From an uncultured Acidobacteriota bacterium (lineage in GTDB: Bacteria; Acidobacteriota; Thermoanaerobaculia; Multivoradales; UBA5704), in NCBI GenBank assembly GCA_963770895.1, contig CAVYRF010000002.1, positions 608,001 through 672,000 on the forward strand: a stretch of 64,000 nucleotides of DNA, written 5' to 3'. Of the stretch, positions 31,115 through 41,074 are shown in pieces. The notes beneath the pieces were generated by a model that saw nothing but the letters and a program-made list of their open reading frames with translations, was not told where the DNA came from and ran no database searches. The first letter of the stretch is position 1. Each line of letters opens with the position of its first letter. The position numbers and the translations under genes are program-made.

Positions 31115-32778
31115 GCGAGCCGCACCCCTTCACCGCCGAAGACCACCGCCAGATGGAGCGGCTGGGGGTGGCGCCCGACCAGGCGCGGCGCCACCTGGAG
31201 CTGTTGCGCAACCCACCGCCCTTCACCCGCGTGCTGCGGCCGTGCGGCGCCGGCGACGGCATCCTTGAGGTCGCGCCCGATCAGGAGCGCGCCCTGGCCG
31301 CCCGCTTCGACGCCGCCGCCGGCGGCGGCCGCATCCACAAGCTGGTGCCGGCGTCGGGCGCGGCGTCGCGGATGTTCAAGCCGCTGCAAAGCTATCTCGA
31401 CCAGCTGGTGCGCGACGGCCATGCTCCCGGCACGCCTGGCGCATCCGCCGGCCACCGCGGCGGGGCGGCGGCGCCGCCGCCCGCCGCTCCCAGCGCCGAC
31501 GCACGTACGTTCTTCGGCGCGCTGCCGCAGATGCCCTTCTTTGCCGAGCTGGCCAGGGCCGCCGCCACCCTCGGCATCCGCCTGGCGCCCGGCCGCACCA
31601 GCCTCGCCGACCTGAGCGCTTCCGAGCAGGTGATGGTCCTGTCGTGCCTGCTGGCGGCGCCTGGCCCGGCGTGCCCGCACGGCCTTGGCATGAGCGAGCG
31701 GCCCAAGGGGCTCATCCCCTTTCACCGCTACCGCGAAGGCGAGCGCACGCCGTTCGAAGAGCACCTGGTGGAGGCCGCCGAAACCACGCGCGACAGCGAC
31801 GGCGTGTGCCGCGTGCACCTCACCGTGTCGCACCATCACGAAGCGGGCTTCCGCGCGGTGCTGAACGGGCGCGGCGCCGCCCTGGCCAACCGCCTGCGCT
31901 GCAGCTTCCAGGTCGAGCTGTCGCACCAGAGCCGCTCGACCGACACCCTGGCAGTCGATCCCGACCATCGCCCGTTCCGGCTGGCCGACGGCTCGCTGCT
32001 GTTCCGCCCCGGCGGCCACGGCGCGCTGCTCGACAACCTGCAGCGGCTGGCCGCGGCGGGGGCCGGCATCGTGCTGCTCAAGAACATCGACAACGTCGTC
32101 ACCGACCGCGGGCTGCCGCTGGTGACGCGCTGGAAAAAGCTCCTGGGCGGGCTGCTGCTGGCGACCGAAGAGCGCGTCTTCGCGCTGCTGTCCCAGCTTG
32201 ACGGCGGCACGCCCGACCGCCAGGCGATCGCGGCGGCGGCGGGCTTCGTCCAAGAGGACCTGTCGCGGCCGTTGCCGGCGGCTTTTGCCGCGGCGAGCGC
32301 CGGGGAGCAGTGCCGGCTGCTGATTCAGGCGCTCGACCGGCCGCTGCGCGTCGCCGGCGTGGTGCGCAACAGCGGCGAGCCCGGCGGCGGGCCGTTCTGG
32401 GTGGAGTCGGCGGCGGGTCAGGTGTCGCTGCAGATCGTCGAGGCGTCGCAGATCAGCCCCGACCCCGAGCAGCAGGCGGTGCTGGCCGCGTCCACCCACT
32501 TCAACCCGGTGGACATCGCCTGCGCCGTCCACGACCGCCACGGCCGCGCCCACGACCTGGACCGCTTCGTCGATCGCGACACGGTGTTCATCTCACAGCG
32601 CTCGCACGAAGGGCGGCCGCTCAAGGCGCTGGAGCATCCCGGCCTGTGGAATGGCGCCATGGCGGGCTGGAACACCATCTTCGTGGAAGTCCCCAACGCC
32701 ACGTTCGCGCCGGTCAAGACGGTGCTCGACCTGCTGCGGCCCGAGCACCAGACCGAAGACATGGAGGCGCCGCTATGA
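31111..32778 (+). CDS. DUF4301 family protein (nucleotidyltransferase-like motifs)
   Basis: KLVPASGAASRMFK, PKGLIPFH, FRPGGHGAL, KNIDNV, GEPGGGPFW, THFNPVD and LWNGAMA. Confidence 0.85.
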   Translation: MSEPHPFTAEDHRQMERLGVAPDQARRHLELLRNPPPFTRVLRPCGAGDGILEVAPDQERALAARFDAAAGGGRIHKLVPASGAASRMFKPLQSYLDQLVRDGHAPGTPGASAGHRGGAAAPPPAAPSADARTFFGALPQMPFFAELARAAATLGIRLAPGRTSLADLSASEQVMVLSCLLAAPGPACPHGLGMSERPKGLIPFHRYREGERTPFEEHLVEAAETTRDSDGVCRVHLTVSHHHEAGFRAVLNGRGAALANRLRCSFQVELSHQSRSTDTLAVDPDHRPFRLADGSLLFRPGGHGALLDNLQRLAAAGAGIVLLKNIDNVVTDRGLPLVTRWKKLLGGLLLATEERVFALLSQLDGGTPDRQAIAAAAGFVQEDLSRPLPAAFAAASAGEQCRLLIQALDRPLRVAGVVRNSGEPGGGPFWVESAAGQVSLQIVEASQISPDPEQQAVLAASTHFNPVDIACAVHDRHGRAHDLDRFVDRDTVFISQRSHEGRPLKALEHPGLWNGAMAGWNTIFVEVPNATFAPVKTVLDLLRPEHQTEDMEAPL

Positions 32779-33536
32779 GCAGCAGCCAGCCGGCGTTCGC
32801 GCGCGCGGTGGTGGTCGGGGCTTCGTCGGGCATCGGTGAAGCGATCGCGCTCGCCATCGCGCAAGGCGGCGGCAGCGTCGCGCTGGTCGGCCGGCGCGAG
32901 GGCGAGCTGCGGCGCGTCGAAGCGGCGATCCGCGCCGCGGGGCGCGGCCAGGCGCAGGTCTACGTCCACGACGTCACCGACTTCGACGCCACGCCGGCGC
33001 TCTTCCAGCGCATCGTCGACGGCCTCGGCGGGCTCGACACCGTGGTGTATGCCGCCGGGGTCATGCCGGCGGTCGAAGACAGCGAATACAGCTTCGCCAA
33101 GGACCGCACCATGGTGCAGGTCAACCTGCTGGGCGCCATGGCCTGGCTCAACCTGGGCGCGGCGCACTGCGAAGCCGCTCGCGGCGGCACCCTGATCGGC
33201 ATCGGCAGCGTCGCCGGCGAGCGCGGCCGCCGCGGCGCTCCCGGCTACGGCGCCTCCAAGGCGGGCGTGCACTCCTACCTGGAGTCGCTGCGCAACCGGC
33301 TGGCGCGCCACGGCGTCAACGTGGTCACCATCAAACCGGGCTTCGTGGACACCGCCATGACGCGCGGCAAGCCCGGGCTGTTCTGGCTCATCTCGCCGCG
33401 CCAGGCCGCCGCCGCCACGCTGGCGCTGGCGCGGCGCGGCGACAGCGCCAGCGGCTTCGTGCCGGCGCGGTGGGGGCTGGTGGCCCTGGTGGTGCGGACC
33501 ATCCCCTCCTTTCTTTTTCGGCGGCTGAACTTTTGA
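32775..33536 (+). CDS. Short-chain dehydrogenase, DprE2-like
   Basis: GASSGIG, SVAGERGR, YGASKA and KPGFVDT; paired with a DprE1-like gene. Confidence 0.85.
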   Translation: MSSSQPAFARAVVVGASSGIGEAIALAIAQGGGSVALVGRREGELRRVEAAIRAAGRGQAQVYVHDVTDFDATPALFQRIVDGLGGLDTVVYAAGVMPAVEDSEYSFAKDRTMVQVNLLGAMAWLNLGAAHCEAARGGTLIGIGSVAGERGRRGAPGYGASKAGVHSYLESLRNRLARHGVNVVTIKPGFVDTAMTRGKPGLFWLISPRQAAAATLALARRGDSASGFVPARWGLVALVVRTIPSFLFRRLNF

Positions 33537-35047
33537 GCCGCCGCGCCGACGACCCCGACGGCAATCCCGACCCCGGCGGCGCCCCCGACGGAGCGGTGCG
33601 GGACGCCGGCTGGCACGCCCTGCACGGCTTCGGGCGATCGGTCGGCGCCGCCTGCCGCGTCGTGGCACCGCGCGACGCGGGCGAAGTGGCGGCGCTGCTC
33701 GGACAGGCGCGGCGGCTGGGGCTGGCGGTCACGGCGCGCGGCGCCGGGCGCAGCTACGGCGACGCCTCGCTCAACGCGCGGGGCTTGGTCCTGGACCTGC
33801 GGCAGATGGCGCGCATGCTCAGCTGGGACCCGGTGGCGGGGATCGCCGACGTCGAGCCGGGGCTGACCGTCGAAGGGCTGTGGCGGCGGACGATCGAAGA
33901 CGGCTACTGGCCGGCGGTGGTGCCGGGCACCTCGGCACCCACCCTCGGCGGGTGCGCCGCGATGAACATCCACGGCAAGAACAACTTTCGCGTCGGCATC
34001 TTCGGCGACCACCTGCTCGACCTGGACCTGTTGACGGCGTCCGGTGAGGTGCTGCGCTGCAGCCGCGACGAAAATCCAGCGCTGTTCCACGCCGCGGTCG
34101 GCGGCCTGGGGCTGCTGGGGGTGATCACCCGGCTGCGGCTGCGCCTCAAGCGGGTGGGCAGCGGCCTGCTGCGGGTCGAGCCGTTCGCCGGGCGGTCGTT
34201 CGATCACCTGGTGGACGGCTTCGAAGAGCGGCTGGATACCGCCGACTACCTGGTCGGCTGGATCGACGGCTTCGCCAGCGGGCGGCAGACTGGCCGCGGC
34301 CAGGGGCACCGCGCCGACCACGTGGACGCCGACGACGACCCCGGTGGGCTGTCCGCATCGGGGCGGCCGCTGTCGCTCCACGTCGAGCGCCAGCTGCTGC
34401 CGGGGCGGATCTTCGGCGTGCCCAGCGGCCAGGTGTGGCGGCTGCTGCGGCTGGTCGCCAACGATCCAGGCTGGCGCCTGGTGAACGCCGCCAAGTCCTG
34501 GATGGCGCGCGTGCAATGGGCGTCGCACTCCTTCCGGCAGTCGCACGTCGCCTTTGCCTTCCTGCTCGACTACGTGCCCGACTGGTGGCGTGCCTATGGC
34601 CAGGGCGGCTTCATCCAGCACCAGCTGTTCATCCCCGCCGGCGCCGTACGCGCCCTGGTGCCGCAAGTGCTGCAAACCTGCCAGCGGCGGGGTTTCCCGA
34701 CCTACCTGGCGGTGCTCAAGCGGCACCGCCCGGACGCCTTCCTGCTATCGCACGGCCTTGACGGGTATTCGCTGGCGATGGATTTCCCGGTGCGGGAAGG
34801 CCGGCGGCCGGCGCTCTGGGCGCTGGCGCACGAGATCGCCGAGCGGGTGCTGGACGCCGGCGGCACCTTCTACATGGCCAAGGACGCGCTGCTCCGCCCG
34901 CAGGACCTGGCGCGCGCCTACGGCCGGCGGCTGACGGCCTTCCTGGAGCTCAAGCGGCAGCTCGACCCTGAAAGCCTCTTCACTTCCGACCTGGCGCGGC
35001 GCCTGCTGCCGTCGCTCGGCCGCGGCGCCGACGCCCAGGCGGCGTGA
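33533..35047 (+). CDS. FAD-binding oxidoreductase, DprE1-like
   Basis: RGAGRSYGD, PGT..TLGG, IHGKN, GGLGLLGVI, GYSLAMDF, YMAKDA and DP..LFTSDLARRL. Confidence 0.88.
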   Translation: MSRRADDPDGNPDPGGAPDGAVRDAGWHALHGFGRSVGAACRVVAPRDAGEVAALLGQARRLGLAVTARGAGRSYGDASLNARGLVLDLRQMARMLSWDPVAGIADVEPGLTVEGLWRRTIEDGYWPAVVPGTSAPTLGGCAAMNIHGKNNFRVGIFGDHLLDLDLLTASGEVLRCSRDENPALFHAAVGGLGLLGVITRLRLRLKRVGSGLLRVEPFAGRSFDHLVDGFEERLDTADYLVGWIDGFASGRQTGRGQGHRADHVDADDDPGGLSASGRPLSLHVERQLLPGRIFGVPSGQVWRLLRLVANDPGWRLVNAAKSWMARVQWASHSFRQSHVAFAFLLDYVPDWWRAYGQGGFIQHQLFIPAGAVRALVPQVLQTCQRRGFPTYLAVLKRHRPDAFLLSHGLDGYSLAMDFPVREGRRPALWALAHEIAERVLDAGGTFYMAKDALLRPQDLARAYGRRLTAFLELKRQLDPESLFTSDLARRLLPSLGRGADAQAA

Positions 35048-35077
35048 GCGGGGCGCTGTGGCGCCGCCAGCCGGCGG

Positions 35078-35212
35078 TCACACGCCACCACAGTCAGGCG
35101 GGCACGGTGGCGGTCCGCTGGGGCTGGCTTGCGAGGCGCGGCCGGTGCCGGAAGCGAGCAGCAGGCCAAGCAGCAAGATTGACAGCGCGATACGGCGGGC
35201 GTTCAGGGTCAT
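35078..35212 (-). CDS. Small secreted peptide (44 aa)
   Basis: AGGAGG RBS, ATGA overlap with the upstream stop; MTLNARRIALSILLLGLLLASGTGRASQASPSGPPPCPPDCGGV. Confidence 0.65.
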   Translation of the reverse strand: MTLNARRIALSILLLGLLLASGTGRASQASPSGPPPCPPDCGGV

Positions 35213-36645
35213 CGGGTGTCTCCTCCTGAAGCAAAAGGTGCGGCGGAAAGCGTCGCCGCGGACGCGGGCAGGACGTCGGGCCACCAGGTGCCGGGGACGT
35301 CGAGCGGCCAGGGGCAGGTGTCCTGGATGTGCAGGTCGCGGAACATCGGCGAGTGGTCGCGCAGGGGGAAGACCAGGGTGTCGCGGCCGCGACAGCGGAA
35401 GTCGGGGGACGCGAAGGTGATCCCCAGGGTGATCACCAGCTCCAGCACGACATAGATCGCCGCCGCGGCCAGCACCTGGCGGGCGCGGGGCGTGCGCAGC
35501 AGCACGCCGCCCAGCAGGGTGAGCGGCAGCACCGCGGCGTGGAACAGGCACAGCCCCTGCCAGTACATCAGGGTGGTCGGCGAGATGGCAAAGACCGCCA
35601 CCGCAGCCACGAAGCACAGCACCACGTAACCGCGCAGCCAGGAGCGATCGGGGGCGTCCGCCGGCAGGCGGCGCAGCCAGGGATGGCGCAGGCGCTTGAA
35701 CAGCCACACGTTGGCGGCCAGCGGCAACACCAGGGTGAGCGGGCCGACGACTTCGAACATCGCCCTGAACCAGGGGGTCAGGCGGCGGTCGGCGGCGGCG
35801 CTCCACGCCTCGGTGAAATCCAGCTGACTGGTCCTGCCGGCCAGCGACAGCGAGCTATAGCGCAGCCAGTAGAAAACGCCGCGCGGCAGCGAATACACCA
35901 GGCCGCGGCCGGGAAAGCCCTTGTGGACTGCCGCCAGCATGTGGGGCTGGGCCATCACGGTGGCGGCCCAGGGCACCAGCGGCAGGGCCCCCAGGGCGGC
36001 GCCGCACACGGCCGCCATCAAGTTGAGATGGATGTAGCCGCGCCACCACAGCAGCGCCGAAGCCACCGCCAGCAACAGGAACGACGGGTGGATCTGGAGC
36101 GCCAGCGCCAGGGTCGCGACGTGCAGCAACGAAGCGACCGCGCCCGGCGAACGCCGCAGATGGAAGGCGGTGGCGAAGTGGACGGCAGAGGCCAGGAACA
36201 GGTAGTTGGGATTCCATAGGAAGCCCCCAAAGTAGAGCTGCCAGGGGCTCAGCCAGTAGAGCACCAGGAACAGCAGCCGCTCCCGCACCGACACGATCGC
36301 GGCCAGGGTGCGGTCGAGCAGCAGGTACCCCGCCAGGTGGCAGAGCGCCACCACCGCGGTGGCGGCGCGATGATGGCGCCACACCAAGAGAGGCAGCCCC
36401 ACCAGCAGGGTGGTGACGCCGCCGGGAGCGTTGCCGCCGGTGGAAAGCGGGTTGCCGAACCACACCATGCGGCCGCGCACCGCCAGCAGCCAACCGCGCG
36501 CCAGCAGGTTGAGCTGATCGCCCCCGACCTGGCTGCGGGCCACCAGCAGCGCCGACAGCAGGGCGCCCGCGGCGGCGCCGGTCCATAGCAGCCACTCCAC
36601 GCCGCGCGCCGGCGCGCGGCGCGCCGGGCCGGCGGCGGAGCTCAA
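35209..36645 (-). CDS. Polytopic membrane protein, probable GT-C glycosyltransferase
   Basis: First TM helix then an acidic loop (GGDQ), many TM helices, WNPNY and QIHPS motifs. Confidence 0.6.
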   Translation of the reverse strand: MSSAAGPARRAPARGVEWLLWTGAAAGALLSALLVARSQVGGDQLNLLARGWLLAVRGRMVWFGNPLSTGGNAPGGVTTLLVGLPLLVWRHHRAATAVVALCHLAGYLLLDRTLAAIVSVRERLLFLVLYWLSPWQLYFGGFLWNPNYLFLASAVHFATAFHLRRSPGAVASLLHVATLALALQIHPSFLLLAVASALLWWRGYIHLNLMAAVCGAALGALPLVPWAATVMAQPHMLAAVHKGFPGRGLVYSLPRGVFYWLRYSSLSLAGRTSQLDFTEAWSAAADRRLTPWFRAMFEVVGPLTLVLPLAANVWLFKRLRHPWLRRLPADAPDRSWLRGYVVLCFVAAVAVFAISPTTLMYWQGLCLFHAAVLPLTLLGGVLLRTPRARQVLAAAAIYVVLELVITLGITFASPDFRCRGRDTLVFPLRDHSPMFRDLHIQDTCPWPLDVPGTWWPDVLPASAATLSAAPFASGGDTR

Positions 36646-38228
36646 TCGGCCACCGGTGCCGCGGTGAACGCGCCCGAGCCGGCGATGCCGCCGGGAGTGC
36701 CGGGCGTGCCGGGAGCACCGAGGGCGCCGGCGGCAGCAGGGGCGGCGCCGGGAGCGACCTGACCGGCGGCGGCGGTCGCGGCCGCCGGCTCGGTTTCGGC
36801 GAGCGCCAGGCAGAACGGCATCATCAGGACGAACAGCGCCAGGCGCTTGACCTCGGCGTCCCCCCAGTTGTTTTCGAACAGGCCGGCCAGGTTGAAGGCC
36901 AGCAGCGCCAGGACGCTACCCAGGTAGATCTCGGCGCGGCGGCCGGACAGGCCGCCCTCGGCGCGGTAGCGCGCCAGCGACAGCTTGACGCTGGCAAGCA
37001 TCAGCCAGATGTAGGCCGCCAGGGATGGCAGGCCGCGCTCGGCGGCCATTTCCAGGAAGCTGTCGTGCAGGTGCGGCACCCAATAGCGCGGCGCCGTCGG
37101 CTGGCGGTAAACCTGGTAGCGGTGGTCCACCATGTCCGGACCCAGCCCCACGATCGGCCGCTCGGCGATCATGTGGAACCCGGCGTCGAGCATGCACAGG
37201 CGGTCGTAGTTGGACGGGTCGCGCAGGTCGAAGATCGACTTGACGCGGTGCAGCACCGACGCGGGCACCACCAGAAACTCCGCCAGCAGGGCCAAGGCAA
37301 AGATCGCGGCGTATCGCCGGCCGCGGTGCCGCGGCTCTCCCGCCGGACGCGGCCGCCGCCAACGCCTGCCGTGCGCCGCCAGCAGCACCAAAAGCGTGCC
37401 GGCGAGCGCCACCCAGGCGCCGCGGGTGAGCGTGCCCACCAGCGCCACGTTGATCAACGCCAGGGCGATCCAGCGCCAGGGGCTGCGCGCCGCGCGGCCG
37501 CACACCATCTGGGTGATCAGCAGCACGTCGCAGATCAGCAGCACCCCCGACAGCGTCATGTAGTGCGAGAACGGACCGCGGATGCGCTGGTCCAGCTCGC
37601 CGAAGCTGACCCACAGGTACTGCGACAGGCCGCGCAGTGCGATCAGCGCCGCCACCGCCACCATGCCGTCGATCACCCAGCGCAGCTCGCGCTCGCCGCG
37701 CACCAGGCCGGGGCCCAGGAACAGCGTCGCCATGGCGAACGTCTCGCCGGTGCTGTACAGGCTGCCGCGGATGTCGTACGACAGCACGATCGAGGCGGCC
37801 AGAAACACCAGGTAGAACCCCATCGGCAGCAGCACCGGCCGCAGCACCTCCCACCGCACCCGCCGCGCCGCCAGGGCGCGGGGAGCGAGCAGCAGCGTGA
37901 TGCCCAGCGTGATGTTCGACAGCGCCAGGGCGAACACCGTGTACAGGTGCAGCGAATACGCGATGCACGCCGCCCGCCGCCAGCGGCCGCCGGAGCCGCT
38001 CTCCGGTGGCAGCGCCTCGGCGGCGCCGCTGCCGTGAGACCACCCCGCCGGCGACGCCGCAACGCCGGCGCCACCTCCAACACCACCGGCACGCCCCACG
38101 CCGCCGGCGGGTCCGCCGCCGCCCGCGGGACCCACCCCGCCGGCAGGATCGGCGTCTTCCGCCGTAACCGGCAGCGGCCGGCCTGCCGGGCCGGCGGCAG
38201 GGTGATCAGCGGAAAGTTTGTCGCGCAT
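36642..38228 (-). CDS. O-antigen ligase / Wzy_C family protein
   Basis: RIRGPFSHY, TLTRGAW, RP.VGLGP and HLHDSFLEMAAERG; multiple TM helices. Confidence 0.85.
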   Translation of the reverse strand: MRDKLSADHPAAGPAGRPLPVTAEDADPAGGVGPAGGGGPAGGVGRAGGVGGGAGVAASPAGWSHGSGAAEALPPESGSGGRWRRAACIAYSLHLYTVFALALSNITLGITLLLAPRALAARRVRWEVLRPVLLPMGFYLVFLAASIVLSYDIRGSLYSTGETFAMATLFLGPGLVRGERELRWVIDGMVAVAALIALRGLSQYLWVSFGELDQRIRGPFSHYMTLSGVLLICDVLLITQMVCGRAARSPWRWIALALINVALVGTLTRGAWVALAGTLLVLLAAHGRRWRRPRPAGEPRHRGRRYAAIFALALLAEFLVVPASVLHRVKSIFDLRDPSNYDRLCMLDAGFHMIAERPIVGLGPDMVDHRYQVYRQPTAPRYWVPHLHDSFLEMAAERGLPSLAAYIWLMLASVKLSLARYRAEGGLSGRRAEIYLGSVLALLAFNLAGLFENNWGDAEVKRLALFVLMMPFCLALAETEPAAATAAAGQVAPGAAPAAAGALGAPGTPGTPGGIAGSGAFTAAPVAD

Positions 38229-38430
38229 GGGAAGTCGGCCGCCGCGTTGCGCGGCTGCCGGCGCCAAACCTTATCTCTCGCCGGCGGTCCTTGTCATCCA
38301 CGCGACCCCTGAAACGGCGGCCGCGCACAACCAAACGGCGCCGCCGCCCTCCCGGTCCGGCAAACCGGGACGGCGACGGCGGCGGCCCTGCGTACGGCAG
38401 CGCTCAGGATGGGAGAGGTTCAGCCGGCGG

Positions 38431-38940
38431 TCAGGACGCCTGCCGAGGGCACTGGCCGATCGGGCTGTAATCGGGGTCGCCGCCCCAGGCCAGCTTTTTC
38501 AACGTGTCGTAGGTCTGCGTCTGGGCCGGATCCAGGATCGCGACAAAGCTGGTGTTGAACGCCTCACGGGCGGCGATGATCGCATCGCGGTTCGAATACA
38601 GCGCCAGCGTCGCCGTGCCGATCGTCGCCGGGTCCGGCGTCGTGGCCGCCAGATCGCCCTCCAGCGCCGTACACAGCGCCGGACGCGCCTGCCGCAGCGG
38701 CGTCACCGCGTCCTGCAACGACGTCCAAAAACCCATCAAGCTGGTCGTCTGCGATGCCGACAGGCCCAGAAACCGCGCCAGCACGCGGGGATGATGAAGG
38801 ATGTAGTCTGCGCCGACCGCATTGTTGGCGACCGGTGCGGCGGCGGTCGTCGCGGCGGAAGATTGCGCGGCAAGCGGCAGGGCAAGCAGGCCCAGCAGCA
38901 GACAGGAAGACACAGCACGGCTCACCAGTTGTGTATGCAT
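38431..38940 (-). CDS. Secreted Spy/CpxP-like helical protein
   Basis: Signal peptide; LGLSASQ and ILDPAQ (LTxxQ-like) motifs; PDPATIG. Confidence 0.65.
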   Translation of the reverse strand: MHTQLVSRAVSSCLLLGLLALPLAAQSSAATTAAAPVANNAVGADYILHHPRVLARFLGLSASQTTSLMGFWTSLQDAVTPLRQARPALCTALEGDLAATTPDPATIGTATLALYSNRDAIIAAREAFNTSFVAILDPAQTQTYDTLKKLAWGGDPDYSPIGQCPRQAS

Positions 38941-39201
38941 TGGGAACTCCTTTCGATCGTCAAACGGAATCGGTACACGTCGCAAAGCGGGCGCAAACCC
39001 GCCATCGAAAGGGCGCGACCCACAAGCCGGTTGCCTCAGCTCCCCCTGGTCGAGCCGCCACCCCCTCCGCCCTCAGAAACCCACGGCCCCGCATTTTCAT
39101 GCGCCCATAAAGAAATCTGCATTACAACCTCGGCCCGGCCCCCGCCTGCCCACCCCAGCCACGCCCTCACCCCGGGGCTCCAAACCGGCAGGCCGTCCCG
39201 A

Positions 39202-40116
39202 TCAACGCAGATAGACACCTGAGAAGGCAGCATGGTGCCGGCGGATCACCAAGCCCACAAGATGCGCGCCGACCACCAAGCTATAGATGGCCAGAACCGT
39301 GCCGACGATTCTTCCCAATGTCGGCATCCACTGGAGCCCCCATCCAACCAACATGTTGCAAACCAGCAAGCCACCCAGGAGGCCCCCCACTTGCAAGCCG
39401 TCCTCACCGCAAACGGCCAGTGCCTGCACGTGAAGATCGAGCCGCAAGGCCGCCCAGGGAGTCCAGCGCATCGCCACAGCTCCCAGTGCCGGACCGACAA
39501 GAAGGATACCGATCAGACCTCCCCCGGCCAGGGCCAGCTTGCACTGCACGTACCCACCGTTCCATACCGGCGCGCTCCAACCACATCCGCTGAACCGCGC
39601 CAGCAGTGCGCCAGGAAGCCAAGCCGCCAGCGCCGCGGCGGCCACTCCCCACATCTCTCCCACACGTTCCTGCACGTCGCCGAACTCAGGCCAGTCCGGC
39701 GGCTCATTGTCACCATCCGCCGTCGCCCGTACGATCGCGCACACCCAGCTCGCCAACAGCAATATCAGGGCCCAACCCAGCCCAGGCACCACCTGCACCA
39801 CCATGGCGCCGCTCAAAAGCACCAGGCTCATCCCCGCCCCGCGCCCACGGAACGGGTACCCATGCGCCGCCCAAACCGGGTAAGGCACACTTCGGAGCAG
39901 CGCGCGGCGCAACGCCGGAGCCGACGCAGGTCCATCCGGATCCAACGGCAAAGCCCGCTCCCCGCACCGACCGCAAAACAGCAGCCGATGGCCCAACTCG
40001 ATGCAACCCAGGCACAGCAAGCCGCCGCACCCCTCGCAACCATACGCAGCCGTTCTATCCGCGTGCTCGCCGCATCGTCGATACGCTACCGTCGTCAACG
40101 AGGAAAGGTCACCCAT
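39202..40116 (-). CDS. Membrane protein with N-terminal B-box-like zinc finger
   Basis: CGEH..CEGCGGLLCLGC..CGRCG followed by YPFRG, PPDWP and several TM helices. Confidence 0.7.
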   Translation of the reverse strand: MGDLSSLTTVAYRRCGEHADRTAAYGCEGCGGLLCLGCIELGHRLLFCGRCGERALPLDPDGPASAPALRRALLRSVPYPVWAAHGYPFRGRGAGMSLVLLSGAMVVQVVPGLGWALILLLASWVCAIVRATADGDNEPPDWPEFGDVQERVGEMWGVAAAALAAWLPGALLARFSGCGWSAPVWNGGYVQCKLALAGGGLIGILLVGPALGAVAMRWTPWAALRLDLHVQALAVCGEDGLQVGGLLGGLLVCNMLVGWGLQWMPTLGRIVGTVLAIYSLVVGAHLVGLVIRRHHAAFSGVYLR

Positions 40117-40297
40117 GCCATCCGTGCGCGGCAGCGGAAAGCAGATCGCTCCGAGCCGCAAGCGCGGCGCCAGATGCATCCCGACGTCCGAACCGATTCC
40201 GCACAGATCGATCTACGCCAGACCGGCACCTTCCGTTACACGGCCTGCGCTTGCATCCCGGCCGCCAACTCGCTGGGTTTTCTGCCACGCCGCCTGA

Positions 40298-40697
40298 TTA
40301 CTCCAAGTAGCTGAGCTCGATCAAGGCGTAGTCGGTTCCTTCCTCGGTCAGATATTGATGGCCTGGGGAGGCGGACTCAGCCAAGGCGGCCAACTTCTCC
40401 GCGCATTCAGACCATCGATCAGAGGTGTTTGACCAGAGATATGCCGGCCCTCCACCACCCACATAAAGAAGCTCGAGGGCTTTAGAGGGCGAAGCAATAA
40501 CCGTTCGCAAACTCAGGGCGACACTCTGGCCTGTCGCACATTTGACAACCGAACAGAATGCCACCTCACGCATGCCACCTGAAGCAAGACCCTCAAAGAG
40601 TCGAGTGGTCGCCGTCAAGTCGTCACGCTCCTGGATCGCGATCCTGAGAGTCGGGCCATATGCGTCCCTCGTACGACGACAGCTGCACGGGCTTCAT
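40298..40697 (-). pseudogene. Probable orphan immunity gene, frameshifted near its 5' end
   Basis: ATG 40697 with GGGAG RBS reads MKPVQLSSYEG; removing one base near 40664 joins it to AYGPTLRIAIQERDDLTATTRLF...; lower GC; follows a degraded toxin tip. Confidence 0.5.
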
Positions 40698-40699
40698 GT

Positions 40700-40955
40700 T
40701 TCGTTTGCTCCCGGCAAGAGGCACAGCTGCGGGGCCCAGCATACATGGACTGATCATAATTGTTGGCGAATCGGGATTCTCATCGAAGATATTTAGAAGT
40801 CTTTGCCATCATGTGGGTGGAGGCGCAGGACTTTGCGGCCGTCGGCTCGAATTCGCGGGCCAGTTCTTCGGACCACGACCAGCCCGGACCACTCAGCTTT
40901 CGAGCAGCCCTATTTCTGGTTCGCAGGCGCCACTCCTTTCCCTTGCGGGTCTTCA
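40700..40955 (-). pseudogene. Degraded orphan Rhs C-terminal tip
   Basis: DPQGKG (DPxG cleavage-like motif) at ~40950, then a stop-interrupted Pro-rich PAPPPT*WQRLL segment resembling the PDPWWEAL end of the intact tip. Confidence 0.45.
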
Positions 40956-41074
40956 CGCTCTTATGTGGGCGCCACCTGACGGCGGTCAAGGAGCTCCCCA
41001 TCGCTTGGGCAGAGCCTACCGACGCCCGAGGCCAAGCGTCCACGCTTCCCTCGCTGCGCTCGGCGGCTTTGGGT

